A stretch of 64,000 nucleotides of DNA, from the NCBI GenBank assembly GCA_963749915.1, contig CAVVOP010000009.1:27347-91346 (forward strand). Direction: 5' to 3'. Positions 18,759-29,885 of this stretch are shown here, piece by piece; positions within the stretch are counted from its first letter, which is position 1, and every line of letters begins with the position of its first letter. Source of the DNA: an uncultured cyanobacterium (GTDB lineage Bacteria; Cyanobacteriota; Cyanobacteriia; Cyanobacteriales; Cyanobacteriaceae). The notes beneath the pieces are model-generated. The model did no database searches, had not been told where the DNA came from, and saw only the letters and a program-made list of their open reading frames with translations. A program made the translations under genes and the position numbers.

Positions 18759-19781
18759 ATGTCCCCTAACCCAGATGTTCTGTTTCAACCAGCTGCGTAT
18801 CCACATCAATTTTCAGCAATGGGATACTTGCGGGGAACTTTTCAGCCAAATTCAACTGAAGAAATCAAACCTTTTATCCGGGGAAAATTTTTGAGCTCAG
18901 AAGGAATAGAACTGATTGCATCCATTAAGAAAAGAGCTTGGGAGAAACTAAGAGGGCGGGAAGATTTCTCCTCAGACGCGCTTTTTTTTTGGCGGGTATA
19001 TTTTCGCACGACCAAAGAGGGAACCCTCACGTCTATTGAGCTGATTAAATATCTAATTAATCCTCCTTTGCTAGTTTCCCCCGATAGGGAAACAAAAGAT
19101 GAGCTCACCGATTTATTTAGAGTAAGAGGGCGAATTGAAAGAATTTTTCCCGACAACTTTTCCGTGCGAGTAGAGCGGAATGATTCGCCCCCAAGAGGCA
19201 AAGAAAATAGTTTGCAATGGAAACCTTTTTATCTGACGATAATGGGTTCCTTACCCGATGAAGCGGTGAGGGAACAATTCTGGGAATTATTCTGTACCAG
19301 AGAACTCGAATTTCTCAGACTAAAAAAAGCCACCTTGATCGAAGACTATATGGTACAAGGGTGGGAAAAAAATAAGTCCAGATCACGAACCCAATCAAAG
19401 AGAAACCAAGAAACTTCAAAATCAGTAAGACCATTAGAGGAGAGTGAAATTATTATGATTAATGGAAGACAGCCTGAAATGACGGTGAAGTTCAGTCAAC
19501 GTCCCGATGTTCCGACACAAGGCAAGAAAGTCATCCTACAAGTTACCGGGGAAAATGGCATCGTCGTTAAAGCCGAGTTAAATCGGAAGACCTTGAAAAA
19601 GCAGGTAGCGAAGATGGATAGCTTTGCTGATTGGGTTGGCGCACTGTCAGGGAAGATTGCGAGGACTTCTCCTGATGGCGTCATTGAATTAGAGAGTGCT
19701 GGTGTGAATGTGTTTGAGAAAAAACCCAAAGCCGCTGAATCCACAACAGCCCAAGTAGAGGGCGAAACAGCGAGGAATTAA
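18759..19781 (+). CDS. Hypothetical cyanobacterial plasmid protein
   Basis: 340-aa open ORF in operon-like arrangement. Confidence 0.7.
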   Translation: MSPNPDVLFQPAAYPHQFSAMGYLRGTFQPNSTEEIKPFIRGKFLSSEGIELIASIKKRAWEKLRGREDFSSDALFFWRVYFRTTKEGTLTSIELIKYLINPPLLVSPDRETKDELTDLFRVRGRIERIFPDNFSVRVERNDSPPRGKENSLQWKPFYLTIMGSLPDEAVREQFWELFCTRELEFLRLKKATLIEDYMVQGWEKNKSRSRTQSKRNQETSKSVRPLEESEIIMINGRQPEMTVKFSQRPDVPTQGKKVILQVTGENGIVVKAELNRKTLKKQVAKMDSFADWVGALSGKIARTSPDGVIELESAGVNVFEKKPKAAESTTAQVEGETARN

Positions 19782-19784
19782 GCT

Positions 19785-20141
19785 ATGAAAGAATGTTGTT
19801 ATTGTGAGTCGAGCCGTGGTCGTTTAATCGTCATTCAAAATCACTATTGGCATAAGCAATGCTTAATGTCTCGCTCTCGATATTTTGATTATCTTCAGGG
19901 AAATCTTAATTTACAAAGACCAGAAAAGAAAATTAGTAGTAGAAAACGACAAGAACAAATTTACCAATATATTAAGGGGTTTATCAATCAACATGGTCAA
20001 TCTCCGACGATTGATAATCTGATCAGAAATTTGGGATACGAAAGACATACCATTAAAAAGACAATTAATGCTCTAGTTGAAAAAGGTTATCTTGAGCGAG
20101 AAAAAAGAAGTATCACACTTGGTGTTTTGTCTGTAGAGTAA
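19785..20141 (+). CDS. Cys/His motif plus LexA-like winged-HTH protein
   Basis: CCYC...HKQC; RQEQIYQYIKGFINQHGQSPTIDNL...INALVEKGYL. Confidence 0.65.
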   Translation: MKECCYCESSRGRLIVIQNHYWHKQCLMSRSRYFDYLQGNLNLQRPEKKISSRKRQEQIYQYIKGFINQHGQSPTIDNLIRNLGYERHTIKKTINALVEKGYLEREKRSITLGVLSVE

Positions 20142-20373
20142 TTCTTAAATATTTCGACCACTAAACTTAATATATTATACTACAGCGATATGTTGGTAGG
20201 CATGGGGAGGAGGCTCTACTCGCTTTGCTCTGACGATCGCAAGAGCGTCAGCTTATGGAAGCACCAAATCAATTAACTATAAGTAAAGAGATTGTTTTTA
20301 GGGAAATAATTACTCGAATCAGACCCAGATATTTTCAAGAAAATCATGAAGGAAAAATAAAATATGGAACATT

Positions 20374-20745
20374 ATGATATTATTTGTTCGCAACTTTCTT
20401 TTTAAAACAACAATGACAACATCAAATCTATTTGTTGGAAAATGGCATATTAATGAGATGGAAATGTGGGACGAAGATTACTTTAATATGGAAACCCAAG
20501 CCTACGTAGAAATTAAACCAAATAATAAAGGGGAATTTCAATTTGGCTTAGTAACTGGATATTTCAATGGTTATTTAGAACAAATAGGTAATATCGAACG
20601 CTTTGCTTTTACATGGGAAGGTAACGACGAAATGGACGATGCTAGTGGTAGTGGTTGGATGCAAATAATAAATGAAAATGAAGTAGAAGGATTGATCAAT
20701 CTTGATGATGGAGACGAATCTCTTTTCAAAGCCAAAAGACAATAA
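20374..20745 (+). CDS. Hypothetical beta-rich protein
   Basis: FVGKWHINEMEMWD...GEFQFG...FTWEGNDEMDDASGSGW. Confidence 0.7.
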   Translation: MILFVRNFLFKTTMTTSNLFVGKWHINEMEMWDEDYFNMETQAYVEIKPNNKGEFQFGLVTGYFNGYLEQIGNIERFAFTWEGNDEMDDASGSGWMQIINENEVEGLINLDDGDESLFKAKRQ

Positions 20746-20824
20746 TTTGCCTTTGACTATTTCCTATTATTCCTCGAACACACTATAATTACTTGATAAA
20801 TTTTAACAATTTCTGTGTGAGGAA

Positions 20825-21046
20825 ATGTCAAACTTAATATTCATCGAAGCTCGTGGTGGCTTAACTACGGGTGAAAGATTGTTACAGGTAATTAATCAAT
20901 ATCCTGATGGTTGTACTATAAAACATCTCAGTAATAGTATTAACCGCCCTGTATCAATGATTAACTTATCTCTGAAAGCATTGATTAGTAATAAACAGAT
21001 TAAGGTGAAGCTAATGGGAATGCAGAGGTTAGTTTATCCCCATTAG
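20825..21046 (+). CDS. Small winged-HTH protein
   Basis: RLLQVINQYPDGCTIKHLSNSINRPVSMINLSLKAL; truncated duplicate at 60720. Confidence 0.65.
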   Translation: MSNLIFIEARGGLTTGERLLQVINQYPDGCTIKHLSNSINRPVSMINLSLKALISNKQIKVKLMGMQRLVYPH

Positions 21047-21167
21047 CTTCACCTATACCATTACAAAATACACAGGTTTCTTCCCTCTGGATTTCTCCTG
21101 TGCAATCCCTGATTTCTACATATCCTTTACCGTCACAGTGTTTACACTTTTCTTTCTGGTTACTCAT
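21000..21167 (-). CDS. Small DnaJ-type zinc-finger protein (55 aa, not in ORF track)
   Basis: CKHCDGKG...CVFCNGIG (two CxxCxGxG motifs). Confidence 0.6.
   Translation of the reverse strand: MSNQKEKCKHCDGKGYVEIRDCTGEIQREETCVFCNGIGEANGDKLTSAFPLASP
21003..21054. repeat. Perfect 16-bp inverted repeat at convergent gene ends
   Basis: AGGTGAAGCTAATGGG ... CCCATTAGCTTCACCT. Confidence 0.75.
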
Positions 21168-21314
21168 TTTTTCCCTCAACTATCTTAATTTCCTCTAATA
21201 GCAGTTGCTTTTTTAACCTCTCTGGGGCGGAAGAATGGCCTCGTCCTTAATCAGTTGTTTGAGGATGGATTCGAGGGTGTGAGTGGAGTTGTCGATGTAG
21301 TCGGGGATGGGCAT

Positions 21315-21815
21315 TTACTGATTGTTTTGAAGAAATCTAGGATCATTAATCATCAACTGAATAAGTTCTTTCTTTATGTTGTATAAAGCTTGAGGTTGAA
21401 TCAAAAAATTGAGTCTAATTGTATTGAATTTATGTGTATCATTCTCTTTCTTTAATTCAATTATTTCCTTTAATGCTTGTATCTCTTTTTGCCTGTGGTT
21501 TGGATGATTATAGACGATCCAATGCAAATAAGGAATTATTTCTGAATATAGACTGAATATTTCCTTACTTTCTTCTATCTTTAAGACATAATTTACTCCG
21601 TGTTCTGCGTTTAAATCTGTCCACAAAGCCTCTATTAAGTTCAAATTAGAAATACATTTTTGATAACCATTCCATAACTTTTCTTTTTCCCAATTTTGAG
21701 CATCTTTCCTTAATTGATAACGATTATTTAAGAAAGTAATGAATATTGCAATGCCTCCACCAACTAACGAGCTAATAACATATTTCCAACCGTCAGGAAT
21801 ATCCAAAAAAGTCAT
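21315..21815 (-). CDS. Hypothetical protein with N-terminal TM helix
   Basis: YVISSLVGGGIAIFITFL; directly downstream of the R-M gene. Confidence 0.65.
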   Translation of the reverse strand: MTFLDIPDGWKYVISSLVGGGIAIFITFLNNRYQLRKDAQNWEKEKLWNGYQKCISNLNLIEALWTDLNAEHGVNYVLKIEESKEIFSLYSEIIPYLHWIVYNHPNHRQKEIQALKEIIELKKENDTHKFNTIRLNFLIQPQALYNIKKELIQLMINDPRFLQNNQ

Positions 21816-21820
21816 TAATG

Positions 21821-24374
21821 TTACTCTCCCCTAATAATTTTCATTTCCTCAGCAGTCAGCCCATACAAATGAGCAACCCTATCATCAATCTCCGCTTCCC
21901 ACTGCTCACAGTTAATTCCTTTTGCATCAAGGCATTTTTGGACTAAGGAGGCGATCGCTTCTTTCTCTGCTTCTGTGGCTTTGGGGATGGGTATTTGTGA
22001 GATATATTGACGCTTTAATCTTAGTCTTCCCCCCTTATTGGGATCTCCTAATACTGAACAAATAGATGTTAAGTAAAACCAAACAATAGAAGTATTTAAA
22101 ATACCCAGTAAATATAAGTTATTAGTTGGAATAAAAAAAGCTGTTGCTTCCACATAAATGGATTCTATATCTAAGCAAAATCTAGGTTCTTTCGCTATAT
22201 CAGGAAAAATAATTTTAGTATTTTCTAAATATTTTACATAATTTAATTGAGGTTGCTGTAGTTCATACCATGCTTGTTTTGTTGCTCTTTTTTCTAGCCT
22301 TTCTTTATAGCGTTCTAAATGATTAATAACAGAAGAATAATTGTTTATATTTATTCCATGCGGTAAATAGATTAAATATTTTTGCTGATAATTTATTCTC
22401 CATTTTCTAACATCATTACCAACAATAAGTTTTTTAATAACTGGTTCACTAGCAGGATACTCATTAATTAATTTATCTCTTGTTTCTTGATCAATAATAA
22501 AGGCTTCATTTAATCCTGTTTTGATTCCCCAATAAATTTGTCCATTAACATAATCATTAAGAGTAATTAATTGAGACTCTAATTTAGTTATAAAACTAGC
22601 AACTTTGTTATCTGTTAATGTCCAATTATCTCCTTTAATAGCAGTCTCAGGTAAGTTTTGACCTTGTTTTTTGACAAGAGCATAAATATCTGGATAAGGG
22701 GGATCTAAAGATTTAACTTGTGTAAAAACAAATGATTGTTTATCGGTGCGTTGTTTTTGAGTAATAAAAATCATTGGAAAAGTCGCCGCCACAAATACAG
22801 GTAATTCTCCAAAATCAATAATTCTATGGATTTGGGATTTTATCGCTAAATATTTGCGTAAATTTTCCCCATAATTAGTCGTTAACCATTTATTTGAGGT
22901 AATATAGGTTAAATAACCATTTTCTCTGAGTAATTTTAAACCTTGTTCATAAAAATAAACATATAAATCAGCTCTTCCTGTATAAGATTCATACTGTAAT
23001 TGTAATGTTGGTTTTATCTCTTTTATTTTTTCCATTCTTACATAAGGGGGATTACCAATAACAATATCAAAGCCTTTTACCCCGAACATCCACTCACGAT
23101 CAAACCCGAACATCCACTCACGATCAAAGAAGTCAGAGCTAACATTCTGGTCATAGGGATTCCATCTAGCTAAAGTATCTGCGATCGCACCTTGAAGACC
23201 AGTATTTTTAAGGAGGGTAGTAATCTCTGTTCTAAGTTGTTGGTCTAATTCCTTACAGCGTTGCTTATCTTGGGGATTATTAGCAGAGAAGTAGTTATGA
23301 CGGACTTGTTTAAGTTCAGCTTCTTTCTGGTAAACTTCGGGGGAACGGAGGGTATTTTGGGTGTCAATACCGATGAGGGTATTAGCAGAGACAAACTTAG
23401 TTTCGAGGTTAGGGAGAGGGAGAATGCCACGATTAGGGCGATTATCATTAACCTTCTGCTCAACTATGAGGGAGATAAAGAACCGTAGTTTAGAGATTTG
23501 AACTGCAATAGGTTGAATGTCAACACCATAAACACAGTTCTCAATGAGGAATAATTTACGGGGATAATCCTGTTCATTATGGTTAAACTCATCTTCTATC
23601 TGCTGTAACCTAGTTTGTAACTGTGCTATAGCCTTATCCCTTGCTTCCTCGTAGCTAATTTTCTGTGCCTGTGTAATATCAGCTAGTAAGGGTGCGATCG
23701 CTCTTTCTTTTTGTTGATTACGCCATTGTTCATTATGGGGGTCAAGTTTAGAGAGGATATGAACCAGTTTTTGGAGGATACCCATAGGAAAAGCACCGCT
23801 ACCACAGGCAGGGTCAAGGATTTTGAGGTTATCAATAGCAGTAATGATTTTTGTCTGAGTATCAGGAGTAAAAGGATTAACCTCTGAGAAAGATAGTAAA
23901 TCCCTCAGCTTAGACTCCAACTCGTCTTCTTTACCGATAAATGGGTTATTATCTACCTTCCCTTGTATAGTTAACTGTCCTTGAGTATATTTATTACCAA
24001 TAAAATTAATCTGGTTACTACCGACTTCCACAAAACCATTATTATCCTCTAATAACTGATTTTTTAGGTAAGCAATAATACTCTCATCAACCATATAGTT
24101 AACAATTTCTCTGGGGGTATAAAACGACCCAGTTTGTTTTCGTGCGGTGCTTTCTGTTTCAGGGTTATATTCGGCTAACAGATTCTCGAATACTTTACCG
24201 AGTAACTCAGGGTCAAGGGCAATCTCCTCATCTATCGGTGTATTTTCATCAATGGTGAACTTGTAATCATTGAAAATATTGATGATACCTCTTACCTTCT
24301 CTTTGTTTCTACTCTTTTGTCCATAAATCTGACTCAGGTCTATTGTGTCCTCACCACCGAAGAATAGTTTATTA
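21821..24374 (-). pseudogene. Type IIG/Eco57I-like restriction-modification enzyme, N-terminus removed at IS982
   Basis: LGKVFE, GSFYTPREIV, LDPACGSGAF, IGNPPY and TaqI-C-like region; ORF 5' end runs into the IS end. Confidence 0.85.
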
Positions 24375-25338
24375 ACCTCAGTTTTGGATAAGAAAACAGG
24401 CAGATAGTAAGCTGAATATAGCACACATCAAACTAACTACTGTCTTATGTTTAATTTAGATTATTTATTTTGTCATGTCGATGATTTCTGCCAACAATTT
24501 GAGCCTCAATGGCAAAACAAGCTCTTATTTCATGGAGCGGTCAGCCGTATTCGAGGGAAAAGTTTGTGTTTAAGTGAAATTATGACTATCCTGATTGCTT
24601 TTCACCAAAATCATTATCGTAATTTCAAACATTTTTACCTGAATCATGTTCAACAATATTGGTCGAATGCTTTTCCTAAACTTCCCAGTTATCAGCGATT
24701 TATTCAATGGGTTCCATCAACGATCATTCCTTTGTGTGTTTATCTTAAACATTGCTTTGGTAATTGTACTGGGATTAGTTTTATCGATTCGACTAAAATT
24801 CAAGTCTGTCATCATCGACGTATTTCACGCCATAAGGTCTTTCAGGATTTAGCCCAAAGAGGGAAAACCTCTGTGGACTGGTTTTTTGGATTTAAACTTC
24901 ATCTGGTTGTCAATGAACTGGGGGAAATTATCAATATGAGTTTAACTCCAGGTAATGTTGATGACCGTAAACCCGTCGTTGACCTTTTAAAAGAGCTTTG
25001 GGGAAAAGTCTTTGGCCATAGAGGTTATGTGTCACAAAAATTAGCGACCAAGCTACTGGAAGATTTTGGAATCGAGTTTTTTGCCAAACCTAAACGTAAC
25101 ATGAAGAACAAATTAATGAGACTTCATGACAAATTATTATCTCGCAAGGGATCGATTATAGAAACAATTAATGACCAATTAAAGAATATCTCACAAATAG
25201 AACATTCTCGTCATCGTTCACCAATAAATTTTTGTGTTAATCTATTATGTGGATTAATCGCATATTGTCACCAACCAAAGAAGCCAAGCCTTCGTCTGGA
25301 ATGGTTTTTACCTCAATCTGCTTAACCAAAACTGAGGT
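24375..25338 (+). mobile_element. IS982-family element
   Basis: TIR ACCTCAGTTTTGGATAAG / ACCTCAGTTTTGGTTAAG; no TSD evident. Confidence 0.9.
24447..25325 (+). CDS. IS982 transposase (GHRGY where GDRGY is expected)
   Basis: [32 protein letters not shown]. Confidence 0.9.
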   Translation: MFNLDYLFCHVDDFCQQFEPQWQNKLLFHGAVSRIRGKSLCLSEIMTILIAFHQNHYRNFKHFYLNHVQQYWSNAFPKLPSYQRFIQWVPSTIIPLCVYLKHCFGNCTGISFIDSTKIQVCHHRRISRHKVFQDLAQRGKTSVDWFFGFKLHLVVNELGEIINMSLTPGNVDDRKPVVDLLKELWGKVFGHRGYVSQKLATKLLEDFGIEFFAKPKRNMKNKLMRLHDKLLSRKGSIIETINDQLKNISQIEHSRHRSPINFCVNLLCGLIAYCHQPKKPSLRLEWFLPQSA

Positions 25339-25450
25339 TAATTTTAAGGTGTAATTGGTTTTGGCAAGACGATCTCCAGAATCTCTTCAAATTTTTCTCC
25401 AGATTTTCTTTTGTGTAAATTGTCTGAGGGATTTATTTTCGTCATTTTCG

Positions 25451-27154
25451 TTAAAAATGAAAAGTTGCTGAAAGAAATGGCCCATTAAAACTTTCTTTAA
25501 AACCAAAAGCATTATTACCACTGCCCCAAGAATAATTGATTTCATAGAAACGGTAGCCCAATTGTAAAGCAGTGTTATAACCTACCCACAAATCCGTACC
25601 AAATAATATATTCCAACTCATATCCGTTTCCCCTGCCAATCCGAATCCTGACGCATCCCCCCTTAACCATAGTCCAATGCGATCGTTCATTTGTACCCCC
25701 AACTTAGCACCTATCATAGGTTCAAACCATGTTCTGGTCTGACCGTAGTTATTTTGAAAGCTACCATTAAAATTAACCAAGGTACTGGTAGCCACAACAT
25801 TAGTACTTTGCTCTATATTAATACTAATGCTGTTAAGTCTCATTCCGGCAATGGGTTGAAACCAGAAAATGGGGTAATTACGTCCTGACGGTTTTTCTGG
25901 CAGTCTGTAATTGGGAATTTCGCCAAAATGATAACTCACGGCAAAGTCATAAATCCCCTGTTGAAAACTTAAATTCGTCTGACTATCGATGTCTAAATTT
26001 TGGGGAGAGCGATTTTCGATGAAATCCTCAGTTTTCTGAATTTTCGCCAATTCTTGATCTACTAAAGATTTAGCTTGTTCTAATTCTGTTTGTAATTTTT
26101 GTAACTCCTCAGTATCTTCAATTTTTCGTTGTTCAATCACCCTTTGTAGTCCATCTTCTAAAATATCACTGGTGTTGGTTAATTCTTCCTTAATTTCAGG
26201 GATAGAAGATAAAACCCCCGTCTCCTTAATTTGCTTATTTAACTCTTGTAAATCCTGAATTTTAGGAAAATCTCTCACATTCAAAGCAAGTAATTCTTTA
26301 AAACCTTCGGGAGTTAATTTAAAATTCTCTAAATCTTGAAAATTAAGATCGCCAATGCGAGAATCAGAGAATTTAGCTAAATTAGCCCTAATTTCCGCAA
26401 CTTTAGCGTCAACAGTTTCGATTCTTATCTTATCTTGACTAATAGCAATCTGTAAGTCTTCGATTTGTTGATTTAATTGTTGGACAATTTCTGTTTCTTT
26501 TAACTGTTCATTTTGTTTCGCCGTTTCAATTTTTTGATCAAGATTATTAACTAATTCTGTTACCCTTGTATTTGTGCCTTTACTCATTAAATAATTCAAA
26601 GAATTTAAAGTCGAAGGAGTACGAGTTAATTGGGCTTGTAAATTAGCAACAGCTCCCAAATTCACGTAATATCCATCAAAAATCAGTCCAAATCTACCCT
26701 TCCATGCTTCCACCCTTGCACTAGCGGTAAAATTTAAAGAGTCTAATAGTTCTCCCAAATTCAAATTATAATTAACAGTTCTTCCTCTAGCGGTAGCAGT
26801 GCCATAAGTACTTACCGGTACAGTTACATAGGGTTGAAATTGAAAACGCCACTTATTGGAATCTGTGGCAATACTTACGGGTTCAGTATCTTGGACTTGA
26901 ATTTGGGTAAATAAACTATTAGTATTTTGATTAAATTTGTCAATTTCAAAAGTACCTGAAATATCTTTTTTAAACTCAGATTTTTGCCAATAATTACCTT
27001 CATCTAGTTTCAAATCTTCCGCACAATTACAGCCATTAGAAGTAAATATTTCGTCTTTTTCTGGGAATTTTATAGGATCAGCGATCGCTTTGAAAGAAAA
27101 ACAAGTCCCGCCCATAGCCAATATAAATATTAGAGATTTTTTTAATAAAAACAT
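25451..27154 (-). CDS. Putative outer-membrane beta-barrel protein with large coiled-coil insertion
   Basis: Signal peptide, WRFQFQPY beta strands, ~270-aa Q/E/L/K-rich insert, C-terminal GPFLSATFHF. Confidence 0.7.
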   Translation of the reverse strand: MFLLKKSLIFILAMGGTCFSFKAIADPIKFPEKDEIFTSNGCNCAEDLKLDEGNYWQKSEFKKDISGTFEIDKFNQNTNSLFTQIQVQDTEPVSIATDSNKWRFQFQPYVTVPVSTYGTATARGRTVNYNLNLGELLDSLNFTASARVEAWKGRFGLIFDGYYVNLGAVANLQAQLTRTPSTLNSLNYLMSKGTNTRVTELVNNLDQKIETAKQNEQLKETEIVQQLNQQIEDLQIAISQDKIRIETVDAKVAEIRANLAKFSDSRIGDLNFQDLENFKLTPEGFKELLALNVRDFPKIQDLQELNKQIKETGVLSSIPEIKEELTNTSDILEDGLQRVIEQRKIEDTEELQKLQTELEQAKSLVDQELAKIQKTEDFIENRSPQNLDIDSQTNLSFQQGIYDFAVSYHFGEIPNYRLPEKPSGRNYPIFWFQPIAGMRLNSISINIEQSTNVVATSTLVNFNGSFQNNYGQTRTWFEPMIGAKLGVQMNDRIGLWLRGDASGFGLAGETDMSWNILFGTDLWVGYNTALQLGYRFYEINYSWGSGNNAFGFKESFNGPFLSATFHF

Positions 27155-27282
27155 AACTTTTAAATAACCAATAAATTTTTGATTAAATTCAGGAAAAAAC
27201 CAAGCTATAAAAATTGATAAATTGATGATTAATAGACAATAATTGATTATTAATTTACTTGTGTGGAAACAATAATTAAAAT

Positions 27283-28899
27283 TTAATTAGTTGGTTTGAT
27301 GGCTTCATTTATTTGCTCTTGGGTTAAGGATCTGATTAAGTAGATGGGTAGGGGATCTTTACCCATTTTTTGTATAGCAGTATTGGTCAAATAAGGCTCG
27401 AATTGTTTTTGTTGATTCAAGTAAAGATTAAAGAATGCTAAACTAATAATTTTCAAATAATCATAGGCTAAATCTTGCCCATCTCCGACAATAAAATTAG
27501 GTAATTTATCTGTGCCTTGGGAAAAAGATAAGTGAGTCGCATTTTTGACTAAAAGCAAATATTTATCCTTTTTATCCACATCAGAAAAAGGAACAATTTG
27601 TTCTGGTAAAGCAGGGGCAAAAATATCCGCACTTCCAGCAATAAACATAATCGGCACAGAAATTTGATTAATACCTTCATTACCAAAAGCGGGGTTAGTA
27701 ACAGGATTTATGGCAATTACTGCTTTTATTCTTGAATCTTGAAGATTTTCCACAGGAGGTGCATCTGTAACACCTTTACATTGCCAAAGCAAAGCTGGAT
27801 TTAAGTTAATTTGATTGGGATTATTCAATTTGGCACACTCTTTTAATAAATAATCCCATTGAACATTTGCACCTCCCGTTGCCGTGGAGGTATATCCTCC
27901 TAGAGAATGACCTAAAATGCCTACATTATTGATGTCTAATTTCCCTCGCCAATTACTATCAGACTCAGTTTTTTGTGTGAGGGTATCTAAAACTAAACTA
28001 ATATCTTTCGGTTGATTCATCCAAGCATTAGGAGTGGGAAAGGTGTCTAACCCTTGCAAAGCATCAATCATTCTTTCGTTGTCACTTTCAGGAAAGTCAA
28101 TACCTACCGTCGCAAAGCCATGAGAGGCTAAGTGTTCAGCAACATAACGTAAGGCTTGAAAATCCGAGTTTAACCCTGGTGCAATAACGACTATTGGTGC
28201 AGGTTTAGTTAATTTTTCAGGCAGATAAACAAAGACAGTTAAAGGTTCACCATTAGGACGGGAGATTGTCAAGGTTTCCGATGTCCAAGTAACTTTTCCT
28301 GCTTGGGATAATTCAGATAAAGCTATAGAAGGATTATTGAAAGTTTCCGTGTCGCTTTGACCATCTAACCAGGCAAAAATGCGATCGGTTGTTTGATATA
28401 ACTGATCTGCCTCATGAATAGTATTGCGTAAAGTTTCCAAATTCAGAGCTAAGCTTGGACTATCATAATTATTAAGAACATCAATAATTTTAAAGCCATT
28501 AGGACTCTCCGCCGCCGAAATAATCGCACCCTTCAGTAAGGGTTGACTTTGTGCTGGTGGACTCTTAATGGCCATACTCAGTTGTTTAACAATTTCTTTG
28601 CCAAACTGGGTATTAAAAAATTCAAAGGCTTCGGTGCTATTTAATGGAAAGGATTTGTTTAATAACCCTCTTAATTCTGCTAATTCTTCAGCATTAAAAT
28701 GTTTGGTATAAAAAGCAAAATCAGGGGTAATTGTACCGTCTTTGGCAAAAATGTCCAAACTCTTAACCGAAACATCAAATTCTCCCAAAGGCTGGATAAA
28801 AAAGGTAATTTTTTCGGCGGCAGAAACGGAAAAAGACGGCAATATCGAAAGTAAGCCTAATCCCAAAGTTAGCCCTAATTTTTGTCTTAAATTAATCAT
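27283..28899 (-). CDS. DUF1400 plus alpha/beta hydrolase
   Basis: AAEKITF N-domain; HLASHGF, GHSLGG nucleophile elbow, ATHLSF. Confidence 0.85.
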   Translation of the reverse strand: MINLRQKLGLTLGLGLLSILPSFSVSAAEKITFFIQPLGEFDVSVKSLDIFAKDGTITPDFAFYTKHFNAEELAELRGLLNKSFPLNSTEAFEFFNTQFGKEIVKQLSMAIKSPPAQSQPLLKGAIISAAESPNGFKIIDVLNNYDSPSLALNLETLRNTIHEADQLYQTTDRIFAWLDGQSDTETFNNPSIALSELSQAGKVTWTSETLTISRPNGEPLTVFVYLPEKLTKPAPIVVIAPGLNSDFQALRYVAEHLASHGFATVGIDFPESDNERMIDALQGLDTFPTPNAWMNQPKDISLVLDTLTQKTESDSNWRGKLDINNVGILGHSLGGYTSTATGGANVQWDYLLKECAKLNNPNQINLNPALLWQCKGVTDAPPVENLQDSRIKAVIAINPVTNPAFGNEGINQISVPIMFIAGSADIFAPALPEQIVPFSDVDKKDKYLLLVKNATHLSFSQGTDKLPNFIVGDGQDLAYDYLKIISLAFFNLYLNQQKQFEPYLTNTAIQKMGKDPLPIYLIRSLTQEQINEAIKPTN

Positions 28900-29104
28900 A
28901 TAATCACTCCATAATAATGTTTTAATAACTTTTTTAAACTTCCAAAAAACATCTTAATTACTTTACATTCACCTATTGTCCTCAATACCGAAAATAGTCA
29001 GAATGAAAAGTAAATAAACTTTGACCTATCTAAGTTATTTTTTTTGTTTTAAAAGGCGATCGCCCTTTTTAGTTAGCAATCGCTACAGTTTTCCCTAAGT
29101 CTTT

Positions 29105-29737
29105 TTAATAAAGAACTGGACGGGGTGCGACATAAACAGGAGCAACTGGTACTACGGGTACAACAGGAGCAACTACGGGAGGATGATAGTAATATGCACC
29201 AGCACCAGCCGCCGCCGCACCAGCCGCGACACCTGCCCCATACATTCGCCAACGTCCTAAAATGTCGATAAAGAGAGATGATTCTTGAAAATTAGAGGGT
29301 AATTCTCCTTGTAAAACTTTAACTTGGTAGGAAAGATTGTTATTTTCTAACTTGGGATTAGTTAATTCTATTACTACGCTATTAACACCTTTTTCTCCAA
29401 AAATTGACAATGTAGCATTAGGGGGATTAGACGCAAAATTATCTGAGCCTTCATCCCAATGACCGATAAATTCAGCGTTTTGTACATGACCCGAAATACG
29501 TTCTGGGCGATCGCTAAAAAAGATAGTTGAACCGACTCCATTAAGATTCAATCTTTTACCGTCATAACTACCTGTGACAGAATTTTGCACAAACAGCAGT
29601 TGTACAGGATCAGAAATTTCTTTAGTTTCAGGGGCTGGTTTTGCCTCAACAGATTTATTAGTAATTAAATTACCCACAGAAACAGTCAAGGTAAGCATAC
29701 TAACGGTAAATAAAGCACAAAGAGATTTTTTGTTCAT
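29105..29737 (-). CDS. Secreted hypothetical protein (paralog of 34067 and 40041)
   Basis: Signal peptide; LFVQ, FFSDRPERISGH, PPNATLS, SLFID; Gly/Ala then Pro/Val tail. Confidence 0.75.
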   Translation of the reverse strand: MNKKSLCALFTVSMLTLTVSVGNLITNKSVEAKPAPETKEISDPVQLLFVQNSVTGSYDGKRLNLNGVGSTIFFSDRPERISGHVQNAEFIGHWDEGSDNFASNPPNATLSIFGEKGVNSVVIELTNPKLENNNLSYQVKVLQGELPSNFQESSLFIDILGRWRMYGAGVAAGAAAAGAGAYYYHPPVVAPVVPVVPVAPVYVAPRPVLY

Positions 29738-29885
29738 GATTTTAAAATTATTAATTGAGTAGCGTGGGCATTGCCCACATTAAATTCATCGGTGATTGCA
29801 ATTGCCCCCTTAATCCCCCAAGTTTGGGGGAAAGACGAATTGAATTCCCCCATATTTGGGGGCAGGGGGCAGTAAAAAAACTAAA

